Origin: an uncultured Verrucomicrobiae bacterium
GTDB lineage: Bacteria; Verrucomicrobiota; Verrucomicrobiia; Limisphaerales; DASXHY01
Direction: 5' to 3'
Assembly (NCBI GenBank): GCA_963699145.1
Contig: OY969416.1
Coordinates: 986,226-1,050,225, forward strand
Length of the DNA: 64,000 bases
Below, in pieces: positions 29,143 to 39,132 of this stretch. The stretch's first letter is position 1, and every line of letters begins with the position of its first letter. Under the pieces are notes generated by a model. The model saw only the letters and a program-made list of their open reading frames with translations, was not told the origin of the DNA and did not search any database. The translations under genes were made by a program, and so were the position numbers.

Positions 29143-29289
29143 GACTCTTTTTCGCTGTGATTTCAGGCTGCACGCTTTAGGCTTCCCCAGGCACGCGTGA
29201 AACGTGAAACGTGAATTTCCTGTCGCGCTGACGCAGCCTGAAAGGCGCCGGCCGCTTTTGCTTCACCCTGCCGGTCTAATCGAAAACAA

Positions 29290-30255
29290 ATGAATTCGCC
29301 AACGAGCCACTTGAATCCAGCCCCGTCCTCAGTTGACTCTCATTCGCCGGCGGCGGGGAATGGTTTCGTGCCGTCGTGGCGGCAGTTCAGGGGGTTGATT
29401 ATTTTTGCCGTGGTGCTGAGCGCGGTGTTTTGCCGGCCGTTGCTGGGGTTGCTGGAGTTCGCGCCGCACAAGGAGTTGTATTCGCACATTTTGTTGATTC
29501 CCTTCATCAGCGGCTATCTCATCTGGACGAAACGCCGGGAAGCGGTGCCGGTATCGCGGCCCAATCGCGCGCTGGCGGTGTTGCCTTTCCTGGCGGGCGT
29601 GGCGGTGCTGGGGCTGTATCGGTTCGGCCGGGGACGCGGTTGGGCCTTTGAAGACGCGGATTACCTGGCGGTGATGACGCTGGCGTATCTATGTTTCCTG
29701 TTGAGCGGCGCGTTTATTTTCGTGCAGCGCAACTATCTGAAATCGATCACTTTTCCGATTGCCTTCCTGATTTTCTGCGTGCCGTTCCCGACATTTTTGC
29801 AGGATGGACTGGAAACATTTTTCCAGCGTGGCTCCGCGCACGTGGCGTATGCGATGCTCTCGGTGTCAGGGATGCCCGTGTTGAAAACGGGAACGAACCT
29901 GCTTTTGCCTGCTTTTGTGATGGACGTGGCGCCGGAGTGCAGCGGGATACATTCGAGCCTGGTGCTGTTCATCACCAGCCTGGTGGCCGCGTATATGTTT
30001 CTCGAAACGCCTGTCCGGCGCTGGATTTTCGTGTTGAGCATCGTTCCGTTGGCGCTGTTGCGCAATGGATTCCGGGTGTACACGCTGGGAGAGCTGGGCG
30101 TTCATTTTTTCCCGAACATTCTCAAGTCCTGGTTTCATCACCATGGCGGGCCAATATTTTTCCTGTTGTCACTCGTGCCGCTATTTCTTTTATTGGTATA
30201 CCTGATGAAAGGTGAAGCGCGCAAACGGGCAGCACTGGCCAATCGAACCAAATGA
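29290..30255 (+). CDS. Exosortase (XrtA-like, EpsH family) integral membrane transpeptidase
   Basis: Multi-TM protein with the exosortase triad contexts VAPECSGIHSSLVLF (Cys), LLRNGFRVYTL (Arg) and WFHHHGGPIFF (His). Confidence 0.85.
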   Translation: MNSPTSHLNPAPSSVDSHSPAAGNGFVPSWRQFRGLIIFAVVLSAVFCRPLLGLLEFAPHKELYSHILLIPFISGYLIWTKRREAVPVSRPNRALAVLPFLAGVAVLGLYRFGRGRGWAFEDADYLAVMTLAYLCFLLSGAFIFVQRNYLKSITFPIAFLIFCVPFPTFLQDGLETFFQRGSAHVAYAMLSVSGMPVLKTGTNLLLPAFVMDVAPECSGIHSSLVLFITSLVAAYMFLETPVRRWIFVLSIVPLALLRNGFRVYTLGELGVHFFPNILKSWFHHHGGPIFFLLSLVPLFLLLVYLMKGEARKRAALANRTK

Positions 30256-33200
30256 ATATTATGCAAAAATCCACTCGTGTCCTCTTGACCGTTTTCAGCG
30301 TCTTGCTGGGCGCCGCGTTTCTGAGCGGTTGTTCTGTCAAAGCCAAGGTTGCCCGCCATCAGCAGCGGGCGGACAATTATTACGCTGCCGGCGATTTTTC
30401 GAAAGCGGAGGTGGAGTACCTCTTCACTCTCCGGCTGCAAAATGAAAACAAGCGCGCGGTGTCCCAGTTGGGCGACATTTATTTTCAGCAAGGCCGGTAT
30501 AGCCGCGCCTACGCGTATGTCCAGAAGGCCTGCCAATTGGCGACCAACGACGTCAACATGCAGGTAAAGCTGGCCACGATTCTCCTGATGATGAAAAAAA
30601 ACCCGGAAGCGCGGAACGCGGCCGAGTATGCGTTGGCTCTCTCGCCGACCAACAGCGAAGCGCCGGATATCATTGCCGAAAGCGCCGTGACCCGCCCGGA
30701 TATTATAACCGCCCGAAAAATTCTGGAGGCGTATGAGAAGAAAGTCGGCGAGACGGCGCCCATGGAACTGGCCTTTGGCATTCTGGATTATGGTTCCGGG
30801 GACGAAAAGGCGGCGGAAACCGCGCTGCAGCAAGCCATTAAAATGGATCCGAAATTCAGCGCCGCCCACTACACGCTGGGAAACCTGTATCTGAGGAAAG
30901 GCATGCTGAAGGAGGCGGATGCAGAATTAAAATTGGCGGCCGAGCTCGCGCCCAAACGTTCCCCGCGGCGTCTCAGTTACGCCAATTTCAAAATCCAAAC
31001 CGGCGATGTTGCCGAAGGCAAGCGGTTGATGGCGGAGATTTCCAAGGAATCTCCGGATTATATTCCCGCCTGGGTCCGGCAGGCGGAAATCGCATTGGCC
31101 GAAAAGCGGTACGACGATTGCGACTCGTTATTGGATAAAGCCCTGGCGCATGATGTGGATAATTACGACGCTTTGTTCCTGCGCGGGCGCATGTATCTCG
31201 TGACCGGGAAGGTCGACAAGAGCGTGGCGGAATTCTCACGGTTGTCGGCGCTGTACGACCAGTCGCCGGAAGTATTCTATCAATTGGGCATGGCGGAAGC
31301 CGGAGCGAAGGATTACACCAAGGCGATCACGGCATTGAACCGCGCGTTGTTCCTCCGTCCGAAATACAGCGAGGCAACGATGCTGTTGGCTCTTTTGAAC
31401 GTCAGCAAAGGGGATACCGGCGCGGCCATCAGCTCCCTGACGCGGTTGCTCAAAGATTACCCGCGGTACGGCCAGGCGTACCTCCTGCTGGGTAACGCCT
31501 ATATGGCCGAAAAAAATCTCGATGGAGCCTACCAGGCGCTCGGGAAGGCTGCCGATATCTACCCCAAAAATCCCGAAATACCGTTCATGCTCGGAACCAT
31601 CCTCACCGAGAAGAAGAACAACTCCGGGGCACGCAAGGAATTTGAGCAGGCGCTGGTGCTGGCCCCGGATTCGTCCCGCGCCTTGGAGGAATTGGTGAAC
31701 CTCGACCTGAGCGAAACCAATTTCGATGCGGCGCTCGCCCGCATGGACAAGTTCACGGACGCAACGCTTGGGCCGGCGCGCGAATTGATCCTGGCCAAGA
31801 TCTATTCGGCGCGCGCCCAATACGCCGCGAACAAGGCCAGCGGCGGCCCGAACGGGAAACTGGACTCACCCGCGGCGCAACCGGACGTCAACCTGGCGGA
31901 AGCCGCGATGTTGAAGGCGATCGACCAGAATCCCACCGCAGTGGGGCCGTATTTGCTGCTGGCAAAATTGTATGTTTCCGCCGGCAAGCAGCAAACGGCG
32001 CTGGATCGCCTGAACACATTGGTCAGCAAAACCAATAGTGCGTCCGGGTACCTGCAAATCGGCGTGATCTACGAAGCCATGAAGGATTACCCGAAAGCGC
32101 GGGATGCCTATGAGAAGTCGATCTCGATCAGCCCCAATTTTGTCGCGGCACTCAACAACCTTTCGTATCTTTACTCCGAGCGATTGAACGATCTCGACAA
32201 GGCCGCTGCGCTGGCGAAGAAGGCGACCGACCTCGCTCCGGGAGATCCCTCTTCCGAGGATACGCTGGGATGGATTATCTATAAAAAGGGTGATTACGCG
32301 CGGGCCCGCGCGTTGATCGAAGATGCCGCCGGAAAAATGCCCCACGAGGCCGAAGTGCAGTATCACCTGGGCATGGCCCGCTACATGATGGGCGATGAAG
32401 CACCCGCGCGGCAGGCGTTGCAACAGGCGGCGGCGTCCCCGGCGGATTTCTCGGGCAAACCGGAGGCCACCCGCCGTCTCGCCACGCTTGCCATCAGTGC
32501 GAAAACCGCCGACGCCAGGACGCAGGCGGATTTGGAACAGCGCTTGAAAGATGAACCGAATGACCCCATCGCCGCCGAGCGTCTGGGCGAAATTTATGAA
32601 CGCGCCGGCGCGCTCGACAAGGCGGCCAGGACGTACGAACAATCGCTGAAGCAGGATCCGCAAAATGGGCCGACGATGGGCCGTTTGGCGCAGGTTTATT
32701 TGCAACTCAATCAGAGCGACAAAGCTCTGGATATGGCCAAGGATGCCCACAAGTTGATCCCCGCCGACGCCGGGATTTCCGCGTTGCTCGGGCGGTTGGT
32801 TTTCCTCTCGGGCGACTACAACTGGTCGGCCAGCCTGCTGGAAGACGCGGCCGGCAAACTCCCCGATCAACCGGAAGTGCGCTACAATCTCGCGTGGGCT
32901 TATTATGCCCAGGGCCGCGTGGATGAAGCCCAGCGCACGATGCAAAGCGCCGCGTCGTCTTTGACCGGAGCGCAGCAGAACGAGGCGAAGCAATTCCTCA
33001 CGTTCGTGGCGGCGGCCAAGGATCCCGCGCAAGCCGCCGCGCTCCCGGCCACGCAAATTTTGAGCACGAACGCGGATTATGTGCCGGCGATGATGGTGGC
33101 GGGTGTGCAGGCCGAAAAGCAGGGCAAACCGGATGATGCGGTGCAGTTTTATTCCAAAGCGTTGGCGAAGTATCCGGCGTTCTCGCCGGCCGTGCGCAAC

Positions 33201-33545
33201 CTGGTCGTCATTTATTCCAAAAATCCGAACGCCCCCAGCGACCAGAAAACTTACGATCTGGCGATGAAGGCCCGCGCGAATTTCCCGGACGACACCGCGC
33301 TGACGCGCGCGCTCGGCGTGCTGGCGTATCGCCGGGGTGAATACCAACGCGCTGCGTCCTTGTTGAACGACAGTTCCCAGACGTTGACCACCGACGGCGA
33401 GCAGTTCTATTTCCTCGGCATGTCGAATTACCAATTGAAAAAAACGCTGCCAGCCCAGCAGGCGTTGAACAAGGCGCTGGCGCTCAATGTTCCCCCCAAA
33501 TACGCGGACGACGCCAAGAAGGTTCTTCAGGAATTGAAGAAGTAG
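30252..33545 (+). CDS. prsT: PEP-CTERM-system TPR-repeat lipoprotein
   Basis: 4-nt overlap with the exosortase gene. Lipobox LLGAAFLSGC, then about 1,000 aa of TPR-like repeats (..A...Y..AL.L.P....A...LG..Y). Confidence 0.85.
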   Translation: MNIMQKSTRVLLTVFSVLLGAAFLSGCSVKAKVARHQQRADNYYAAGDFSKAEVEYLFTLRLQNENKRAVSQLGDIYFQQGRYSRAYAYVQKACQLATNDVNMQVKLATILLMMKKNPEARNAAEYALALSPTNSEAPDIIAESAVTRPDIITARKILEAYEKKVGETAPMELAFGILDYGSGDEKAAETALQQAIKMDPKFSAAHYTLGNLYLRKGMLKEADAELKLAAELAPKRSPRRLSYANFKIQTGDVAEGKRLMAEISKESPDYIPAWVRQAEIALAEKRYDDCDSLLDKALAHDVDNYDALFLRGRMYLVTGKVDKSVAEFSRLSALYDQSPEVFYQLGMAEAGAKDYTKAITALNRALFLRPKYSEATMLLALLNVSKGDTGAAISSLTRLLKDYPRYGQAYLLLGNAYMAEKNLDGAYQALGKAADIYPKNPEIPFMLGTILTEKKNNSGARKEFEQALVLAPDSSRALEELVNLDLSETNFDAALARMDKFTDATLGPARELILAKIYSARAQYAANKASGGPNGKLDSPAAQPDVNLAEAAMLKAIDQNPTAVGPYLLLAKLYVSAGKQQTALDRLNTLVSKTNSASGYLQIGVIYEAMKDYPKARDAYEKSISISPNFVAALNNLSYLYSERLNDLDKAAALAKKATDLAPGDPSSEDTLGWIIYKKGDYARARALIEDAAGKMPHEAEVQYHLGMARYMMGDEAPARQALQQAAASPADFSGKPEATRRLATLAISAKTADARTQADLEQRLKDEPNDPIAAERLGEIYERAGALDKAARTYEQSLKQDPQNGPTMGRLAQVYLQLNQSDKALDMAKDAHKLIPADAGISALLGRLVFLSGDYNWSASLLEDAAGKLPDQPEVRYNLAWAYYAQGRVDEAQRTMQSAASSLTGAQQNEAKQFLTFVAAAKDPAQAAALPATQILSTNADYVPAMMVAGVQAEKQGKPDDAVQFYSKALAKYPAFSPAVRNLVVIYSKNPNAPSDQKTYDLAMKARANFPDDTALTRALGVLAYRRGEYQRAASLLNDSSQTLTTDGEQFYFLGMSNYQLKKTLPAQQALNKALALNVPPKYADDAKKVLQELKK

Positions 33546-33575
33546 TCTATTCTGCAGACGGCATTCCATTGAAAA

Positions 33576-33597
33576 GCGCCGGCCTCCGGGCCGGCGC
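33576..33597 (+). terminator. GC hairpin after prsT (weak terminator candidate)
   Basis: gcgccggcc-tccg-ggccggcgc, a 9-bp stem 30 nt after the stop. No U-run follows. Confidence 0.35.
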
Positions 33598-33665
33598 GCA
33601 CTGGAGCTTTGATGGATATGCTCCCAAGTCTTTGACGCAAATCATCAACTGAACACGATCTATTT

Positions 33666-34457
33666 ATGACCATACGTACCCTCCTCACGGCCGCGATGCT
33701 TATCAGCGGTGTTTCAAGCGTTGCCGCCGGCACGTTCACGTTTTCGAACACGAACACGATCGTGATCAACGACAGCACGTCACCACCCACGATCGCCACG
33801 CCGTATCCCGCGACCAATATCGTCACTGGGCTCAACGGATCGGTCATTTCCAAGGTGACCGTGCAAGTGCGCGGCTTTGGCCATGGATTTCCGAGCGATG
33901 TCTCGATCCTGCTGGTGGGGCCGCAGGGGCAGAACTCGATTCTGATGGCGCAGGTAGGGGGTTCCACCCGGACGCCGGTGACCAACCTGGATTTCACGTT
34001 TGACGACGACGCGGCTTCCAATATGCCGCTGGAAAGCCAGTTGGTTTCCGGCACGTTCAAACCGACCACGAACACGTTTTCGTTCCCTTACCCGGCCCCG
34101 GCGCCGTCCACGGACCAAATCATGGGCGCATTTTTGGGCAATTTCAAAAACACGGAACCCAACGGTGTCTGGAGTCTTTTTGTGGTCGATGACTACCCCA
34201 CGGATGCGGGCATCATCACGAACGGTTGGAGCCTGACGATCACCACGACGCCGCTGGCTCTGGCGATCGCGAAATCGCAAACCAACGCGGTCCTTTCGTG
34301 GACCAATGCGGTGAGTGGCTACACCTTGCAAGCTTCGCCCACACTGTCCCCGCCGGCCTGGACCGATGTCGGCATCGCGCCGGTGGTGGTTTCCGGAAAT
34401 TACGTCGTGACGAACGCGATGACGAACAAAACGTTGTTCTACCGACTGGCAAAGTAG
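33666..34457 (+). CDS. Secreted protein with stand-alone proprotein-convertase P-domain-like module
   Basis: Signal peptide MTIRTLLTAAMLISGVSSVAA. VTVQVRGFGHGFPSDVSILLVGPQG and NGVWSLFVVDDYPTDAGIITNGWSLTITT match the P-domain pattern. C-terminus ...TLFYRLAK. No peptidase domain. Confidence 0.6.
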   Translation: MTIRTLLTAAMLISGVSSVAAGTFTFSNTNTIVINDSTSPPTIATPYPATNIVTGLNGSVISKVTVQVRGFGHGFPSDVSILLVGPQGQNSILMAQVGGSTRTPVTNLDFTFDDDAASNMPLESQLVSGTFKPTTNTFSFPYPAPAPSTDQIMGAFLGNFKNTEPNGVWSLFVVDDYPTDAGIITNGWSLTITTTPLALAIAKSQTNAVLSWTNAVSGYTLQASPTLSPPAWTDVGIAPVVVSGNYVVTNAMTNKTLFYRLAK

Positions 34458-34587
34458 AAGCTCCCAATCTCAAGCACCAGGCACCAGAGAAATCTCAAAT
34501 TCCAAGCTCCAAATAACGCCGGACAGTGTGATCGCAATTGAAGTTTGGAGCTTCTCTGGAGCTTGGATGTTGGTGCTTGGAGCTTTT
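34458..34587. repeat. Imperfect long inverted repeat built from ccaagctcc/ggagcttgg-type units
   Basis: Left arm aagctcccaatctcaagcaccag...ccaagctccaaa; right arm tttggagcttctctggagcttggatgttggtgcttggagctt. Intergenic between the P-domain gene and prsK. Confidence 0.7.
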
Positions 34588-34649
34588 CCTCCGTCATGTT
34601 CTACTGCACCCATAGCATCCAGTCGTCCGCGAAGGTTTGAATTGAAACT

Positions 34650-36755
34650 GTGACAAGCGGCACATTTCTCGTTTTTGGCAGCGCGATCGTCAGCGGCATT
34701 TTGGCGCTTTCGGTGATTGTGCGGCGCGACCGGTCGCTGGCGCATTGGGCGTTCTCGGCCGGCATGCTGGTGTTTGCGGCGGCGAATAGCGTGTACGGTT
34801 TCGAGTTGGGCTCAACCGATTCGGAAAAAATCCTCAATTGGCAAAGCGCGCACTGGCTGGCGCTCGCGTTCATTCCCGGCCCGTGGCTGTTGTTCAGCCT
34901 CACTTATTCGCGCGGGAATTACCGGGAGTTTCTGAAACGATGGAGCTTCGCGCTCACCCTCGCGTTTTTGGCGCCACCAGCCCTCGCGGCGGTTTGTTGG
35001 GATTTCACGACGGCCAGCATCCATCAGGAAAACCATCATTGGTTGATGCGGTTGGGCGCGCCGGGCATTGTCCTGAATCTGCTGGTGTTGTTGTCCGCGC
35101 TCGTGGTGTTGATGAATCTCGAGCGCACCTACCGGGCCGCGGTGGGCACGATGCGCTGGCGCATCAAGTTCATGGTGCTGGGACTCGGTGTGATCTTCGC
35201 CGCGCAGGCTTACACATGCAGCCAGATCCTGCTGTTTCGGTTGGTCGATCTTTGGTGGCCCATCGTCAATTCCGGCGCGGTTTTCCTGGGCGGGTTGCTC
35301 ATCGTCCGTTCGCTGTTGCGCGAGGGAAATTTCGCGACCGACGTTTTCCCGTCGCACTCGGTGTTGCAGAATTCCATCACCGTGGTGGTCGCGGGAGTGT
35401 ACCTGTTGATCGTCGGCGCGCTCGCGCGGTTGATCGCGTTTTTTGGCGGCAACGCTTCCTTTACCATCAAGGCCGTCGTCATCCTGGTCGGCCTCGTGAT
35501 GCTCACGCTGGTGTTGTTGTCGGACCGCGTGCGATTGCGCACGCGGCGTTTCATCAGCCGGCATTTTCAACGGCCGTTTTACGATTATCGCGATGTCTGG
35601 CGCCAATTCACGCAGGCCACGGCGCGGCGCGTGGAGCGGCGGGAGTTGTGCGTGGAAATCGTCAAATTCATCTCCCAAATTTTCCAGGCATTGTCCGTGA
35701 CGGTTTGGCTCATTGAAGAAGGCCAGGGCCAGCTCAGCCTGGTGGCGTCCACGTCGCTGACCGAGGAGCGCGCGCGGGAGTTGGAACTGGACGCCGCGGA
35801 AACCGCCCAAATCATGGCCGTTCTGAGCGCGCAGGTGGATCCGGTCGACCTCGACGCCTCGGCGGAGAAATGGGCGGCGACACTGCGACGGTTGCAACCG
35901 GATGATTTTCACAAGGGCGGCAATCGCATCTGCGTGCCGCTCAATGCCGGCGGTGATTTGCTCGGTGTGATGATGCTCGGCGATCGCGTGAGCGGCGAAT
36001 TATTCTCTTTGCAGGATTTGGATTTGCTCAAATCGATCGGCGACCAGATCGCGGCGAATTTGTTAAACATCAAATTTTCGCAGCGCCTCTCGCAGGCGAA
36101 ACAACTGGAAGCCTTCCAGGCCATGTCGGCGTTCTTTGTTCACGATTTGAAGAACACCGCGTCGACGCTCTCATTGATGCTCCAGAACCTGCCGATTCAT
36201 TTCAACGACCCGCAATTTCGCGAGGACGCGTTGCGCGGCATCGGCAAAACTGTCACGCATATCAACGACCTCATCAAACGGCTGAGCATGTTGCGCGAGG
36301 AGTTATCCATCAAACCGGTGGAAGCGGATTTCAACGCCGCGGTAAGCGAAGCGCTCAAATGCCTCGACACGACGCCGACGGTGGAATTGCAAAAGGAATT
36401 GCGGCCGCTGCCGAAAGTGCGAATCGACCTCGCGCAATTTCAAAATGTGGTGGTCAATCTCGCCCTCAACGCGCGCGACGCGGTGAACGCGCGCGGAAAA
36501 ATTCGCGTGGAAACGGCGCAGCAAAACGGCTGGGTGGTGTTGACCGTGACCGACAGCGGCTGCGGCATGAATCCCGAGTTCATGCAGCGCTCGCTTTTCC
36601 GCCCGTTTCAAACCACGAAGAAACAAGGGATCGGAATCGGGATGTTTCAGTGCAAGATGATTGTCGAAGCGCACCACGGGAAGATTGAAGTGCAGAGCGA
36701 ATTGAACAAGGGCACCACCTTCCGCATCCTGTTACCCGCGCTGGGAAAAAATTAA
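34650..36755 (+). CDS. prsK: PEP-CTERM-system sensor histidine kinase
   Basis: About 300 aa of TM helices, a GAF-like middle, the H-box FFVHDLKNTAS, an N-box LNARDA and a G-box TDSGCGM. Adjacent to the sigma-54 activator. Confidence 0.85.
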   Translation: MTSGTFLVFGSAIVSGILALSVIVRRDRSLAHWAFSAGMLVFAAANSVYGFELGSTDSEKILNWQSAHWLALAFIPGPWLLFSLTYSRGNYREFLKRWSFALTLAFLAPPALAAVCWDFTTASIHQENHHWLMRLGAPGIVLNLLVLLSALVVLMNLERTYRAAVGTMRWRIKFMVLGLGVIFAAQAYTCSQILLFRLVDLWWPIVNSGAVFLGGLLIVRSLLREGNFATDVFPSHSVLQNSITVVVAGVYLLIVGALARLIAFFGGNASFTIKAVVILVGLVMLTLVLLSDRVRLRTRRFISRHFQRPFYDYRDVWRQFTQATARRVERRELCVEIVKFISQIFQALSVTVWLIEEGQGQLSLVASTSLTEERARELELDAAETAQIMAVLSAQVDPVDLDASAEKWAATLRRLQPDDFHKGGNRICVPLNAGGDLLGVMMLGDRVSGELFSLQDLDLLKSIGDQIAANLLNIKFSQRLSQAKQLEAFQAMSAFFVHDLKNTASTLSLMLQNLPIHFNDPQFREDALRGIGKTVTHINDLIKRLSMLREELSIKPVEADFNAAVSEALKCLDTTPTVELQKELRPLPKVRIDLAQFQNVVVNLALNARDAVNARGKIRVETAQQNGWVVLTVTDSGCGMNPEFMQRSLFRPFQTTKKQGIGIGMFQCKMIVEAHHGKIEVQSELNKGTTFRILLPALGKN

Positions 36756-38105
36756 ATGAAACCACGACTGCTGATTGTTGACGACGACGAGGAGATACGC
36801 ACCCAGATGAAGTGGGGGTTGACGCAGGATTACGAAATTTTCCTGGCGGAAGACCGGCCCACCGCGTTGGAGATGCTTTCCGACCACCGGCCGCAGGTGG
36901 TGTTGCTGGACCTGGGCCTGCCGCCCCGCCCCGCCGAACCGGTGGAAGGCCTGGCGGCGCTTTCGGAAATCATCAGCCGCGATCACCTTGTGAAAGTGAT
37001 CATCATCAGCGGCCAGGGCGAACGCGATAACGCGCTGCAGGCCATCGGCGCCGGCGCGTACGATTTTCTGCCGAAACCGGCGGATCTCGAAGTGCTGAAG
37101 CTGCTGCTTAAGCGCGCATTTCATGTGGCGTCGCTCGAGCGCGAATATCGCGAGATGCAGCAACTGCAGGGTGAGACGTTCGAAGGGATGCTGGGCACCA
37201 GCTCGCAAATGCAGCAGGTGTTCAACACGATTCGGAAGGTGGCCACGTCGGATGCGCCCGTGCTGGTGCTGGGAGAAAGCGGCACCGGCAAGGAAATGGT
37301 GGCGCAGGCGATTCATCGGCAAAGCTCGCGGAAAGACGGGCCGTTTATCGCGATCAATTGCAGTGCGATTCCGGAAACGCTGCTCGAAAGCGAATTGTTC
37401 GGGCACGAAAAAGGTTCCTTCACCGGCGCGCATGTGCAACGCAAAGGCCGCGTGGAGAGCGCCAGCGGCGGGACGCTGTTCCTGGATGAAATCGGCGAAT
37501 TGCCCGCGTTGCTGCAAGTGAAATTGTTGCGGTTTCTTCAGGAACAATGCATCGAGCGCGTCGGTGGCCGGCAGCCAATTGCGGTGGATACGCGGGTCGT
37601 GGCGGCGACGAACGTGGATTTGAAAAAAGCGATTCTTGAAAGCCGGTTTCGGGAAGATTTGTTCTATCGCCTGGCGGTCGTGGTGGTGAACCTGCCGTCA
37701 TTGCGCGAGCGCGAAACCGACGTCCGCCTGCTCGCCCAGGAGTTTCTGCGCCGCTCCGCCGCCAAGATCGGCAAGACCGGTTTGACCTTCGATCAGGAAG
37801 CGTTGCGCGCGTTGAAGGATTACGGCTGGCCCGGCAACGTGCGCGAGTTGGATAACCGCGTGCGCCGCGCCGTCATCATGGCCGACGGCAAACGGTTAAC
37901 GGCGGCGGACCTTGAATTGGGAGATATCTCCGAACGGCCTCATGCGGCGAATCTCAAGGAAGCGCGCGAAGCGGTGGAGCGTGAGATGATCCAAAAGGCG
38001 CTGCGCAAGCATGGCAATAAAATCGCCCCCGCCGCCGCCGACCTCGGTATCAGCCGGCCCACACTCTACGAATTGATGGATAAACTCGGGTTGAAGCGCG
38101 ACTGA
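36756..38105 (+). CDS. prsR: Sigma-54-dependent response regulator (NtrC family), PEP-CTERM-box regulator
   Basis: Receiver (LLIVDDDEEIR...VLLDLGLPP), AAA+ sigma-54 interaction domain (GESGTGKE, ESELFGHEKGSFTGA = GAFTGA variant) and a C-terminal Fis-type HTH (AAADLGISRPTLYELM). Confidence 0.9.
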   Translation: MKPRLLIVDDDEEIRTQMKWGLTQDYEIFLAEDRPTALEMLSDHRPQVVLLDLGLPPRPAEPVEGLAALSEIISRDHLVKVIIISGQGERDNALQAIGAGAYDFLPKPADLEVLKLLLKRAFHVASLEREYREMQQLQGETFEGMLGTSSQMQQVFNTIRKVATSDAPVLVLGESGTGKEMVAQAIHRQSSRKDGPFIAINCSAIPETLLESELFGHEKGSFTGAHVQRKGRVESASGGTLFLDEIGELPALLQVKLLRFLQEQCIERVGGRQPIAVDTRVVAATNVDLKKAILESRFREDLFYRLAVVVVNLPSLRERETDVRLLAQEFLRRSAAKIGKTGLTFDQEALRALKDYGWPGNVRELDNRVRRAVIMADGKRLTAADLELGDISERPHAANLKEAREAVEREMIQKALRKHGNKIAPAAADLGISRPTLYELMDKLGLKRD

Positions 38106-38296
38106 GAAGGGGATTTAAGGAATGGTTTCGGAATTGCCCGATTTCCCAATCTGTAAGAAACAGATAAAAGCGTCGGAATGGTTTACACTTACATGGAATT
38201 GGAGGCTGCGTAGAATTACGAAAACCAGTCTCGCAACCACCTACATTTCAGCTACTTGGCCATTGAGTATTTTTACGGGGTTAATGAATCATCAAT

Positions 38297-38312
38297 TGGC
38301 CCGCTTAATGCG
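38297..38312 (+). promoter_or_regulatory. Sigma-54 (-24/-12) promoter candidate
   Basis: TGGCCC-gctta-ATGCG matches GG-N10-GC spacing and most of TGGCAC-N5-TTGCW. It lies 45 nt upstream of ATG 38357. Confidence 0.5.
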
Positions 38313-38356
38313 TAGTGTGTGAGTAACCGAACTAGCGCCAGAGAATAAAAGTTGTT

Positions 38357-39067
38357 ATGAAAGTTAATTTAAAATCGATAGTGGGAATCGCGGCAGTGTC
38401 CGCCGCGGGGGTGTTTAACTCTGCGGCTTCTACGGTCACTTATGAATTCGGCGACGTGTCGGCTGGACCTAGTCCGGCGGGAACGCCGCCGTGGGTCCAG
38501 GCATCCTTTAGCGACGTCGGCATGCCGTCGGATACGGTGCAATTGACGTTGACGGCCGAGAATCTCGCTGCGGGTGCTTATGTGAGTTCCTGGTATTTCA
38601 ACGTGGATTCCCTGTTGGTTCCGACTTCCCTCCAGTTCGCGCAGACCGCGTCTGCCGGCTCATTCGGGGGACCAACGATCTCAACAGGCGCCAACGCTTT
38701 TAAAGCCGGCCCCGATGGCAAGTTTGATATTCTCTTCGCCTTCAACTCGACCGGCGATGATTCGAGTCGTTTCACCAGTGGTGACTCCGTCACGTTTACC
38801 ATCAGCGGCATCAGTGGCTTGACCGTTCAGGAATTCAATGAACTGAGCACCACCGCAGGGGGCTTGAGCGCCTATACGTCGGCGGCGCATATCGAGTCCG
38901 CCCCGAGCGATTGCCCCTCCTGGGTCAATCCGTCGGCCATGACGCAGATTCAGGGAAATGCGGACACCCGGGTTCCGGATGCCTCCGCCACGATTTCGCT
39001 TCTGGGCGTGTCCCTGGCGGGAATCGAAGCCTTGCGCCGGAAGTTGAAGTCCCGCTTGGCGAAGTAA
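38357..39067 (+). CDS. Secreted protein with VPDxG-type PEP-CTERM sorting tail
   Basis: Signal peptide. C-terminus RVPDASATISLLGVSLAGIEALRRKLKSRL gives a VPD motif, a hydrophobic helix and a basic cluster. Confidence 0.75.
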   Translation: MKVNLKSIVGIAAVSAAGVFNSAASTVTYEFGDVSAGPSPAGTPPWVQASFSDVGMPSDTVQLTLTAENLAAGAYVSSWYFNVDSLLVPTSLQFAQTASAGSFGGPTISTGANAFKAGPDGKFDILFAFNSTGDDSSRFTSGDSVTFTISGISGLTVQEFNELSTTAGGLSAYTSAAHIESAPSDCPSWVNPSAMTQIQGNADTRVPDASATISLLGVSLAGIEALRRKLKSRLAK

Positions 39068-39097
39068 CCAGTGCCAATACATTGTTTCCAACCGACG

Positions 39098-39132
39098 AGG
39101 CCCTCTGGATTTCAGAGGGCCTTTTCGTTTTT
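39098..39132 (+). terminator. Rho-independent terminator
   Basis: aggccctctg-gattt-cagagggcct followed by tttcgttttt, 31 nt after the stop. Confidence 0.75.
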
